Assembly (NCBI GenBank): GCA_016218825.1
Contig: JACRCV010000056.1
Location: 160,416 to 224,415, forward strand
Direction of reading: 5' to 3'
From: Deltaproteobacteria bacterium
Lineage (GTDB): Bacteria; Myxococcota; XYA12-FULL-58-9
DNA length: 64,000 nucleotides
Position numbers and translations under genes: made by a program
Part shown: one piece after another, positions 47,690 to 56,619 of the stretch
Numbering within the stretch: position 1 is the first letter of the stretch
Layout: each line of letters starts with the position of its first letter
The notes under the pieces: model-generated
The model's database searches: none
The model's input: the letters and a program-made list of their open reading frames with translations, nothing else
Told to the model about the DNA's origin: nothing

Positions 47690-48877
47690 ATGAAGCGACG
47701 GGATTTCGTCCTCGGTATGTTGGGGCTCTCTGGGACCTCCCTGGCGCTGACCAAGTGGCTCCTGGCTTCACGCCGGGTCACCCCCGCGGAGTGGCTCGGC
47801 TCGCCCTACCCGCTGGTCAAGGTGCCGGGCGCCGGCGAGATGTATCAACTGTGGGATCGCCCGCCCCTCTACGAAACGCCGGTGTCGAAGCTCGTGGGCA
47901 CGAAGAACCCGCCCTTCACCGACACTGATCACTACTACATTCGTTGGCGGGAGGCCGACCTCAAGCCGCTGGACCCGGATGCCTTCAGGCTCACCATCAC
48001 CGGCGAGGGTGTGCCCAAGCCGGTGACGCTCACGCTCGCCGACATCAAGAACTTCCCCAAGATCGAGCGCGGCGCGGTTGGCATGTGCGGCGCCGCCGGC
48101 TTCGGCCTCATTCGCCCCCGACGACCGGCGCCACCGTTCACCAAGGGCGATCTCTCGTGTGCGCTCTGGGGAGGCGCCAGCTTGCGGGCCATTCTCGAGG
48201 ACGTCGGCGCTCGACCGGAGTTTGGAGTGCTGACCGCCAAGTCGGCGGTGAAGATCATCTCCAACAAGCACCCCACCTACATCAGATCCGTCCGCATGGT
48301 GGACGCCACCGGAGCGAACACCCTGCTGGCCTACGAGATGAACGGCGAGGCGCTGCCCTTCTGGCATGGTGCGCCCCTGCGACTGGTCATCCCCGGGGTC
48401 ATAGGACCGAACTGGGTCAAGCAGCTGGTAGAGCTGGAGGTGCGACGGACCCTGGCGCCCCGAAGTTGGTACCAGAAGGCCACCGGCTTCGGCCCCGATG
48501 TTCCCAAGATGGGCGTCAAGACGTTCTCGCTGGTCCTCTCGCCGCTCGACGGCGAGCGGGTGCCGGTGGGTGCGCCGGTGGACGTCATGGGCATCGCCTT
48601 CGACTCGGGGCAGGGGATCGACCGCGTGGACGTCAGCGCCGACAACGGTTGGAGCTGGCAGGGCGCGGAGCTCGGTCCCCAGCCCGACGCCTACGTGTGG
48701 CGGAAATGGAAGACGTCGTTCACCCCCACGACGGCCGGTCGAATCAACGTCATGTCGCGGGCGACCTCCACGAACGGCGAGACCCAGCCGCTCGACGCCT
48801 GGCCGAACATCCAACACGAAGGCGGGCACCGTAACAACTCGAGCCGGACCTTCGCGACGACGTTCGAGGTCGTGTGA
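47690..48877 (+). CDS. Tat-exported sulfite-oxidase-family molybdopterin oxidoreductase (SorA/YedY-like)
   Basis: Twin-arginine signal (MKRRDFVLG). Molybdopterin-binding Cys region (AVGMCGAAGFG). C-terminal dimerisation domain. GAGGAG ribosome-binding site. Confidence 0.8.
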   Translation: MKRRDFVLGMLGLSGTSLALTKWLLASRRVTPAEWLGSPYPLVKVPGAGEMYQLWDRPPLYETPVSKLVGTKNPPFTDTDHYYIRWREADLKPLDPDAFRLTITGEGVPKPVTLTLADIKNFPKIERGAVGMCGAAGFGLIRPRRPAPPFTKGDLSCALWGGASLRAILEDVGARPEFGVLTAKSAVKIISNKHPTYIRSVRMVDATGANTLLAYEMNGEALPFWHGAPLRLVIPGVIGPNWVKQLVELEVRRTLAPRSWYQKATGFGPDVPKMGVKTFSLVLSPLDGERVPVGAPVDVMGIAFDSGQGIDRVDVSADNGWSWQGAELGPQPDAYVWRKWKTSFTPTTAGRINVMSRATSTNGETQPLDAWPNIQHEGGHRNNSSRTFATTFEVV

Positions 48878-50088
48878 TGGGCGCCCAATCTCCTGCTGCG
48901 CGTCGCCCTCTGGTCGCCGCGGTCCTGGTCGGATCGCTGGGCATCGCCGGGGGATGTCGGGAGTCGGATCGCCCGGTCTCCGGCCCGCCCCCCTACGTCC
49001 GTGAGCTCAAGCCCGGAGAAGGGAAGCTGCATGTGGAGAGCGCGTGCCTGTCGTGCCACAACGCGCGCACCATCATCACCCTGGAGGGCATGACCAAAGA
49101 CTGGTGGCGGTTCGACGTCTGCAAGATGCGCCACACCTTCGGCGCCGAAGTAAGCGACGTCGATACCGCCAAGATCATCAAGTACCTCGAGGACAACTAC
49201 AGCTGGCCGGATCCGGTGGAGGACCGCGAGCGCACCGGGACCGACGTGATCGAGCGTGTGTGTTACCAGACCCCCGAATCGGTGCTCTACCACGCCCCTG
49301 AGGACGTCTATCTGGTCTCGAATATCAACGGCAGCCCGCTCGGCGTCGACGGCGACGGCTTCATCAGCAAGATCGCCGCCGACGGCACCGCCCTCGATCT
49401 CACGTGGATCAGCGGCGAGCGCGAAGGCACGGTCCTCAACGCCCCGAAGGGCATGGCGATCCAGGGTTCGACCCTCTACGTCGCCGACCTCACCGTCGTG
49501 CGCAAGTTCGACCTCCGGACCGGTGGGCCGACGGGCAACATCCCCATTCCCGGAAGCACCTTCCTCAATGACGTTTGTGAGGGGCCGAACGGTAGTGTCT
49601 ACGTCACCGACACCGGGTTGAGCGGAAACACCGAGGGTTTCGTGAACACCCGGACCGACGCGGTGTACCGCATCGAAGCAGACGACCGTTACCGGGCGAT
49701 CGCAACCGGGACCGTCCTCGGGCAACCCAACGGCTGCGTCGCGGTGCCCGGCGGCCTGGTGGTGGTCACCTTTGGGTCAGGAGAGGTCTATCGGCTCGAC
49801 GACGACGGCACCCGCCACCCGATGCCACGACCGCCGCGCGGCGTCCTCGACGGCGTCGTCGCGCTCGGTGACGGCCGCTTGGTGATCTCCAGCTTCGGTG
49901 GCCAGGCGATCTACATCCTCCGCCACGACCAGACCTACGAAGCGCTGGCGCCGCTCGTCGACAACCCCGCCGACATTGCCTGGGACCAGAAACGCGGCCG
50001 CATCGTGGTGCCGCAGTTCATGAAGAGCCGGGTGGTCTACTTCAACCTCGACGGCGCGACCGCTGGAGCGACCCCGACGGGACCGTAG
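48877..50088 (+). CDS. Mono-haem cytochrome c (SorB-like) fused to a beta-propeller (SMP-30/NHL-like) domain; lipoprotein
   Basis: Start overlaps the sorA-like stop (GTGATGG). Lipobox (LGIAGGC). CLSCHN haem-binding site. C-terminal repeated propeller-like blades. Confidence 0.7.
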   Translation: MGAQSPAARRPLVAAVLVGSLGIAGGCRESDRPVSGPPPYVRELKPGEGKLHVESACLSCHNARTIITLEGMTKDWWRFDVCKMRHTFGAEVSDVDTAKIIKYLEDNYSWPDPVEDRERTGTDVIERVCYQTPESVLYHAPEDVYLVSNINGSPLGVDGDGFISKIAADGTALDLTWISGEREGTVLNAPKGMAIQGSTLYVADLTVVRKFDLRTGGPTGNIPIPGSTFLNDVCEGPNGSVYVTDTGLSGNTEGFVNTRTDAVYRIEADDRYRAIATGTVLGQPNGCVAVPGGLVVVTFGSGEVYRLDDDGTRHPMPRPPRGVLDGVVALGDGRLVISSFGGQAIYILRHDQTYEALAPLVDNPADIAWDQKRGRIVVPQFMKSRVVYFNLDGATAGATPTGP

Positions 50089-50090
50089 CC

Positions 50091-52286
50091 CTACTCCACC
50101 ACATCGACCAAGAGCATGGTCATGTCGTCTTCCTGCGGCGTGTCCTCGGGCCGCAGGCGATCGACTTGATCCATGATGTGCTTCGCGGCGTCCTCGATGC
50201 CCATGCCCGCGGTCTCGAGCAGGAAGGCGCGCAGCGCTCTAATGCCGGTGGCCTTGGTCTTGCGGATCGCCTCGAACTCGTACAACCCGTCGGTGAACAT
50301 GAAGATCCGGGTGCCCGGCAGCTTCGGGATCTCGAGGTGGCCGATCTGGAGCTCGGGCGCCAACGCCAGCGGCGTACCGCGAACCGCCCTGCCCTGCACC
50401 CGCCGGTCCGGGTCCAACACCAGGAGCATCGGCGCGCCGCCGTTCCACCAGTGGATGACGCTCTCGTCGTGCGGCATGTCGAGCAGCGACATCGTCATGT
50501 GGTAGTGACCCTGGGCGGTCACCAGCAGCTCGTCGTGCATCTCTTTGAGCTGCTCTTCGACCGACAGCTCCGGCATCATCCGCCGCAGAATGCGGTAGAC
50601 GCTCTCGGTCGCCGCGGTCACCATCGCCGGCCCCGGGCCGTGGCCGGAGACGTCGCCGACCGCGACCCGCACCGAGCCCTGGTGGTCGTCGAACCACCAC
50701 CAGTCACCGCCGCACTCGTCGGCGGCGCGGCAGAAGCCATGGATGACGAGCCCCTCGGCCCGCATGGTCTTGTGCTTGGGCTGGAACATCTCCTGGACGG
50801 CGGCGATCAGCGCCATGTCCTTCTTGTAGGCGGCCTCGAGGCTCTTCTTGCCGGCCTCGACCAGCTGGGTCATCGCGAGCTTCTCCTGGATGATCGCCTG
50901 CAGCGTGTTCTGCAGATCGTCATAGGAGCGCGCCAGGTTGGTCAGGGTGACGTTGCCGTGGCCCATGAGCTCGCGGTAGGTCACCTGCGGCGGCACCGGC
51001 AGGCCGCAGGTCTTCGCGACCCGCGCGACGCCCTCGGGGATCGCGGTGAACAGCTGCTCGGCGCCGTCGCGAGCGATCCCCAGCAAGTCGCAGGCCTTGA
51101 ACGCCGCTTGCCGGGTTTGCTCGACGTCGCCGGGCTCGAACATCGCCGCGATCCGCTCCACCACCCACGCCACGAGCGCCAGCGGCTCGCCGCCCGGAGG
51201 CTCATCGTCGTGGTGATGCAGAACGGCCTCGACGACGCCGTGTGGCACGTCCCAGTCGGTCGCGAGCTCCATCACCCGGACGCCGTGCTCGACTTCATTC
51301 GCCGCCCGTTCGCGGATCGGGCGCGACTTCGACGGGCTCAGGCCGATCTCCAGCGCCCCGGTCGGGTCGTGCATCGCCCGCGCCAACAGGCCGGCATCCA
51401 TCAGGAAGCCGGCGGCGACCGCGAAGTTCAGGTCGACGTCCCGCACCCAGTTGCACACCAACGACGCGGTGACCGCGCGCCGCAGCACCAGCGGCAACAG
51501 GTACTCGACCGCGGGGTTGGTCTCTTTGACGAGGTCGAGCACCGAGAGCGCCATGGTGACGGCCTCGACGCCGTCGATCCCGAGCTCCTCGATCACCGCG
51601 TCCGGGTCCTTGGTGACGTCGGTCACCGAGAACAACCGGCTCGCGGTCAACGCCCGGAAACGATTCTCGAAAAGCTTGTCACCCTTCACCAGCTGCTTCT
51701 GCTCGTTGAGCTCGGCGGTGTCGTGACGCGCCGGCTCCGCCGCCGCCCCCGGCTTGCGCTTCACCGCGAGGTTGCTGAGCGCGGTGGACAGCGCCGCGAA
51801 GTTGACCGGCTTCGGCAGCATCAGATCGCCGCCCACCGCCTTGAGCTCGTCCTCGGAGTAGCGCGCGCCGTAGCCGGTCACGAAGATGATCGGCAGCTTG
51901 TCGAGCAGCGGCACCGCCTTGGCGTACTTGGGCTTGCGCGCCTCCGGCAACGTGCCGCGCGCCAGCTTCGTGAGCTCGATGCCGTCCATGTGCGAGCCCT
52001 TGAGCTCGATGTCCATCAACACCGCCGCGAGCTCCTTGCCGCTCTCGGCGAGGATGGCGCAGGCCTCCTGGTCGTTCTTCGCCCACTGCATCGCGAAGCG
52101 CCGCTTCAACACCAGCTCGGTGACCTCCCAGTTCTCGGGCACGTCCTCGACGTAGAGGATCCGTTGGCGCTCGGTCTGTGGCAGCGGCGCCGCCAACGCC
52201 CGGCGCGCCCCGGCGCCGGCGACCGACGCCGGATCGCTCGCGTCCGGGGTGCTCTTGCTGACACTCCATTTGTGGAGCTTCTTCAT
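50091..52286 (-). CDS. Response regulator with REC + HDOD-like + PP2C (SpoIIE/RsbU-type) phosphatase domains
   Basis: REC domain (ILYVEDVPEN ... LMDIELKG). PP2C motifs (GGDWWWF ... VGDVSGHGPGPAM ... FTDGLYE). Confidence 0.8.
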   Translation of the reverse strand: MKKLHKWSVSKSTPDASDPASVAGAGARRALAAPLPQTERQRILYVEDVPENWEVTELVLKRRFAMQWAKNDQEACAILAESGKELAAVLMDIELKGSHMDGIELTKLARGTLPEARKPKYAKAVPLLDKLPIIFVTGYGARYSEDELKAVGGDLMLPKPVNFAALSTALSNLAVKRKPGAAAEPARHDTAELNEQKQLVKGDKLFENRFRALTASRLFSVTDVTKDPDAVIEELGIDGVEAVTMALSVLDLVKETNPAVEYLLPLVLRRAVTASLVCNWVRDVDLNFAVAAGFLMDAGLLARAMHDPTGALEIGLSPSKSRPIRERAANEVEHGVRVMELATDWDVPHGVVEAVLHHHDDEPPGGEPLALVAWVVERIAAMFEPGDVEQTRQAAFKACDLLGIARDGAEQLFTAIPEGVARVAKTCGLPVPPQVTYRELMGHGNVTLTNLARSYDDLQNTLQAIIQEKLAMTQLVEAGKKSLEAAYKKDMALIAAVQEMFQPKHKTMRAEGLVIHGFCRAADECGGDWWWFDDHQGSVRVAVGDVSGHGPGPAMVTAATESVYRILRRMMPELSVEEQLKEMHDELLVTAQGHYHMTMSLLDMPHDESVIHWWNGGAPMLLVLDPDRRVQGRAVRGTPLALAPELQIGHLEIPKLPGTRIFMFTDGLYEFEAIRKTKATGIRALRAFLLETAGMGIEDAAKHIMDQVDRLRPEDTPQEDDMTMLLVDVVE

Positions 52287-52345
52287 TTATGCTCCCGGCG
52301 CCCCGCCAAGGTATCGCGAGGCTCTCGCCTGCTCCGCTGGAGTCG

Positions 52346-53347
52346 TCACATCTCGGGACCGCGCGGCGCCTCGAGCTGTTCGCGACGCTCGAACTCCTGC
52401 ACCACGCGCTGGTAGGCCGAGTCCTCCTGCATGCACAAGGCGCTGTAGGCCACGGTCCAGTTGTGCATGAAATACTTCAGGTCGGCGGCCAGATCCGCGC
52501 GCAGCTCGGCGAGCGTCGGGCTCTCGAACTCGACGCCGACGCCGGCGCGCACCTTGCGCATGCCGGTGTTGCGCGGCGGATCACCGAAGAACGCCCGCCA
52601 GCTGCGCTTGACGGCCGACCCGAAGCCGGTCCCAGGCTCCTGACCCCGGACCTCGATCTCGTAGGGCATGACGTACTCGGTGGCCTGCAGCCCCGAGCCT
52701 TGATCGTTCCGGAACACGCCGCGCTCCCGCCCCTGCTCGTGCGCCTGCTTCAGCGCCGCGCGGAACCGCGCCGAGCCGCCGACGTCGGTGTCGACGTTCG
52801 GGAAGAACTCCATCCGGACTCCCGCCCGCGCCGCGAGCGCCGCCATGCTCTTGTTCATCACCGCCGCCAAGTCCTGGGTGGTGGAGACCTTCTGCAGACA
52901 GACCGCGAAGCCCTCCATCTGCCGTCCCAAGGCGATCAGCATCTCGATGTCCAGAGACGCCCGCAGCCCGGCGCGCACCAAGGTGTGGAGGCGATCCGGC
53001 GTCGCCTCCGACTTGGCGAGGTAGTAGTCGATGTCGTAGTCGTTGAGGATCTTCTCTTCCGGCGCGACGCCCGGCTGCCCGGTGCGCAACACCAGGCGCA
53101 GTGACCGGTCGCAGTGGGCGCGGATGTGGCGACACAGATCGAGACCGGCGTGATCCGTCTCCATCACCACGTCGATGAACGCGACGTTGAAGCTCTTGGT
53201 GGCCAGGATCTGTTGCGCTTCTTTGCCGCTCGCGGCGCTGGTGATCGTGAACTTCTTCTGCCGCCAGCTGCGGTGCTTGAGCGCCAGCTGCGTGATCTGG
53301 TGCACGTCCGGTTCGTCGTCAACTACGAGGATCTGCCAGTTTTCCAT
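52346..53347 (-). CDS. Response-regulator-like protein: N-terminal REC + uncharacterised ~200-aa domain (no output kinase)
   Basis: REC domain (NWQILVVDDEPD ... FIDVVMETDHAGLDLC). The C-terminal domain is paralogous to the middle domain of the next gene (..YFMHNWTVAYSALCMQE..). Start ATG at 53347. Confidence 0.7.
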   Translation of the reverse strand: MENWQILVVDDEPDVHQITQLALKHRSWRQKKFTITSAASGKEAQQILATKSFNVAFIDVVMETDHAGLDLCRHIRAHCDRSLRLVLRTGQPGVAPEEKILNDYDIDYYLAKSEATPDRLHTLVRAGLRASLDIEMLIALGRQMEGFAVCLQKVSTTQDLAAVMNKSMAALAARAGVRMEFFPNVDTDVGGSARFRAALKQAHEQGRERGVFRNDQGSGLQATEYVMPYEIEVRGQEPGTGFGSAVKRSWRAFFGDPPRNTGMRKVRAGVGVEFESPTLAELRADLAADLKYFMHNWTVAYSALCMQEDSAYQRVVQEFERREQLEAPRGPEM

Positions 53348-53360
53348 GGTCGCTCCAAAG

Positions 53361-55127
53361 CTACTTCCGCAAGCTGAGGGCCGTCGGCTGCACACTCGCG
53401 CCTTGCACGGGTGCGGTCTTCGGCAGCAGGAGGGTGAACGTTGCCCCTTGTCCCGGTTTGCTGTCAACCCTGATCGAACCGCCCAGGAGATTGGTCACGA
53501 TGTTGTGCGAGATCGCCAGCCCGAGCCCGGTGCCGCCCTTGTTGCGCCCCGAGGTGACGAAGGGCTCGAACATGCGCGGCATCATCTCGGCCGCGATCCC
53601 CTTGCCGAAGTCGCGGTACACCAGCTTCAGCATCGGGCCCTTGTCGCCGTTGGCGTTGCTGAGCGTGATCTCGATCTTGCCGCCGCTCTGGCCCTCGTCG
53701 TAGCCGTAGCGACAGGTGTTCTGGATGAAGTTCACCAGCACCTGCGACAAGTGGCCAGGGTAACCATCCCACTCGAGGTTCGCGTTCGGCTCCTCCACCA
53801 CCGTCGCCTGGATGCTCTGCTTCTTGAGCACCGGCCCCATGGTGTCGACGCAGGTCCGTGCGACCTCGCCGATCGGCGCCAGCACCCGATGATCGGAGAG
53901 CTGCGACGCCGAGAGCTGCTTGAAGTTCTTGATCAGGTCCTGGGCGCGCACCAGGTTCTTGGTGAGCAGATCGGCCGATGACGTCAGGTCCGCGGCCATC
54001 TCCTTGCGCTGCGTCGGGTCGACGTTCTCCCCGGCCAGCTGCTGGGCGAGGTCGACCACCATCGCCCGCGCGGTGTTCGCGACCCCGAGGGGGGTGTTCA
54101 TCTCGTGCGCCACCCCGGTGACCATCGTCGCGATGCTCTGCATGCGCTCGAAGTACATCTGCTCGCGCAACATCCGTTCCTTGGCCAGACGCTCTTGAAG
54201 CCGCAACGTCGAATACGCGATGCGCCAGTTCTCGATGAACAGCCGGGCGTCGGAGGAGAAGTCGTTGATCGCCTTCTCCGAGAAGTACTCCGGCACGATC
54301 TCGGCGTAGAGACCGCCGTTGCCCACCGTGACCTCGCCGGCCTGCCCCTCTTCCTTGCCGGGCTCCTCGACCTTGGTGCAGAACAACTGCACCAAGCTGT
54401 TGTTGGGAAATCCCACCGCCGGGCCGCGGCTGAGGCTGATGTCGGCACCGGGCTTCGCGGTTTCGTGCAGGCCCTTGAGCTTGGCCTGGACTGTGTGAGA
54501 TTCGACCGACGTCTTGCCGGAAAACTGGATCGGGATCGGCGTGTCTACCGAGAGGTCGTAGTAGAACAGGCTCGAGGCGTTGTGCTTCAAGTCCAAGAAC
54601 GCGATGCCCTCGCGCATGAACACCAGCAGATCTTCGAGCGAGGTCACGCGCTGCAGCGCGCGGGTGAAGCTCTGCAGCTGGCGGCCGAACGCCAGCAGCG
54701 TCGAGATGTCCTCGGAGCTGCGCAGGCACGAGCGGATGACCGAGTACAGCTTCTCGGGCGAGGCGTCGGTCTTCTCCATATAGAAGTCGATGTCGTAGTT
54801 GTTGAGCACGGCCTCCTCCGGCGCCATGCCCGGCTGGCCGGTGCGCAACACGATGCGGGCCGACGGCGGACAGTTGCTGCGAATGTACTGACAGAGCTCG
54901 AGGCCGGCGGTGTCGGTCTCCATCACGACGTCGACGATCGCCACCCGGTACTGCGCCGGGTTCTTGCTGATGATCGCCTTGCCTTCCTTCAGGCTCTTGG
55001 CGTGCGCGATCTCGAAGCCCTTCTTCTTCCACTTCTTGCGTCGCAGCGCGAGCTCGGTGACGTTGTGAACGTCTTCCTCGTCGTCGACGACGATCAGCTG
55101 CCAGTTCTGGCCTTCATCCATTGTCAA
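53361..55127 (-). CDS. Hybrid sensor kinase: N-terminal REC + uncharacterised domain + HisKA/HATPase
   Basis: REC domain (NWQLIVVDDEED ... IVDVVMETDTAGLELC). H-box (VTGVAHEMNTPLGV). HATPase N/G boxes (NFIQNTCRYG, GTGLGLAIS). The first ATG is 2 codons inside the track ORF. Confidence 0.8.
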   Translation of the reverse strand: MTMDEGQNWQLIVVDDEEDVHNVTELALRRKKWKKKGFEIAHAKSLKEGKAIISKNPAQYRVAIVDVVMETDTAGLELCQYIRSNCPPSARIVLRTGQPGMAPEEAVLNNYDIDFYMEKTDASPEKLYSVIRSCLRSSEDISTLLAFGRQLQSFTRALQRVTSLEDLLVFMREGIAFLDLKHNASSLFYYDLSVDTPIPIQFSGKTSVESHTVQAKLKGLHETAKPGADISLSRGPAVGFPNNSLVQLFCTKVEEPGKEEGQAGEVTVGNGGLYAEIVPEYFSEKAINDFSSDARLFIENWRIAYSTLRLQERLAKERMLREQMYFERMQSIATMVTGVAHEMNTPLGVANTARAMVVDLAQQLAGENVDPTQRKEMAADLTSSADLLTKNLVRAQDLIKNFKQLSASQLSDHRVLAPIGEVARTCVDTMGPVLKKQSIQATVVEEPNANLEWDGYPGHLSQVLVNFIQNTCRYGYDEGQSGGKIEITLSNANGDKGPMLKLVYRDFGKGIAAEMMPRMFEPFVTSGRNKGGTGLGLAISHNIVTNLLGGSIRVDSKPGQGATFTLLLPKTAPVQGASVQPTALSLRK

Positions 55128-55201
55128 CCACCGGTTTCACGTCTTGAGGCAACAACAACGATTCTCGACCGCAACCAAGCTAGCCGACCCGCCGGGTGGA
55201 T

Positions 55202-56410
55202 TCAAGACCGGAGTGGAGCCGATCCTTTGCGCCGCCGTGCCGCCAACCGGGCCGTCAACACCAGGCACAAAACACAGGGAACCAGCAACACCCCGTTCAG
55301 GAGCTCGAAGCCCAACGCCTCGAACATGCCGGCGGTGGTGAGCACCGCGGCGGCCGACACCCCGAAGGCGACGGAGTCGAAGAAGCCCTGAGCCCGCCCC
55401 CGTTCCGCGGCGGTGTGGGTCTCGACGAGGAGGCGCGACGACGCCAAGAAGAGAATGCTCCACCCCACCCCGATCAGGATCATGCCCACCCAGAGGACGG
55501 CGATCGACGCCCCCATGAGCAGCACCACGAGGGCGGCGGTGAGGAGCCCGGCGCCGACGACCATCATCCTCAAGATCCCGAAGCGTTGGAGAAGCGCGCC
55601 GGTCACGAACGACGGCGCGAACATCGCGAACATCCGCCACATCACTATAAAGGAGATGTCTTTGAAGGGAAATCCGAGCTTCTTCATCGCCAGCGACCCG
55701 CCGATCATCGGCACCTGCAGCACGAGCCACGAGACCGCGCCGCCCACGGCGGCGACGACGTAAGCCTCCTGCCTGACGATCACTCCCAGCGGCCGACCGC
55801 CCGCCTTTCCCTCTTCGCTGCCGGCAGCGGGAATGCGCAACCCCCCCAAGAGCGGGATGGTGAGGGCGGTACACACGGCGGTGGCGGCGTAGCAGCCGCT
55901 GTACATGATGGGGTCGAAGGTAGCCCGCGTGAGGTTGGCGAGCGCCGAGCCGGCAAAAGGGGCCACGACCCCTCCGGCCAGAACCAAGGACATCGCCTTG
56001 CTCTTGAACAGCGGCTTCGCGGCGTCCACGGCGGCAAAACGGTACTTCTGCGCGAACGCCAGATAGGTCCCCACCGTCGCGTTGCCCAGCATCAGCACCG
56101 CGAAGCTCCGCCAGAAGATCGCGCCCGCGATCAGCGCCGCTCCGAGGGTGCCGATGGCGGCCCCGGTCATGAAGCCGCGCCGTCGGCCGAGCCGCTGCAT
56201 CAGGTTCGAGGCCGGCATCGAGGTGAAGGCGTTGAACAGCACCGTGAGGCCGTTCGGGATCGTGGCCAGCCAGACCGCCGGCGCCAGCTCGACGCCGACC
56301 AGCGGTCCGGTGCTCCACATGACGGTGTTGCTCGTCATCATGATCGCTTGGCAGAGCGCGAGCACGAGAACGTTGCGCTTCTGGTGCTGGAAGATGTCGC
56401 TCGGTTGCAT
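55202..56410 (-). CDS. MFS transporter
   Basis: 402 aa with about 12 TM helices and a conserved MFS loop motif (RLGRRRGF). Confidence 0.75.
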   Translation of the reverse strand: MQPSDIFQHQKRNVLVLALCQAIMMTSNTVMWSTGPLVGVELAPAVWLATIPNGLTVLFNAFTSMPASNLMQRLGRRRGFMTGAAIGTLGAALIAGAIFWRSFAVLMLGNATVGTYLAFAQKYRFAAVDAAKPLFKSKAMSLVLAGGVVAPFAGSALANLTRATFDPIMYSGCYAATAVCTALTIPLLGGLRIPAAGSEEGKAGGRPLGVIVRQEAYVVAAVGGAVSWLVLQVPMIGGSLAMKKLGFPFKDISFIVMWRMFAMFAPSFVTGALLQRFGILRMMVVGAGLLTAALVVLLMGASIAVLWVGMILIGVGWSILFLASSRLLVETHTAAERGRAQGFFDSVAFGVSAAAVLTTAGMFEALGFELLNGVLLVPCVLCLVLTARLAARRRKGSAPLRS

Positions 56411-56619
56411 GAGACTCGCGTCAGCGGCCGTGGCGGCGTGGGCAGGATCTCAGCCCCGCGCCGCCGACACCAGGTGGCGCTGACCTCGTACACCCACGAG
56501 ATCCGCCGATCAACCGCCATCGTCCCGTGTCTTCCCATGGGCCCCGGCCCCGACCCCGGCCATCACTCTCGAAAGCTCAACCTTGACACGAACTCCGTCA
56601 TTGGACAGGCTCTGGTCCC

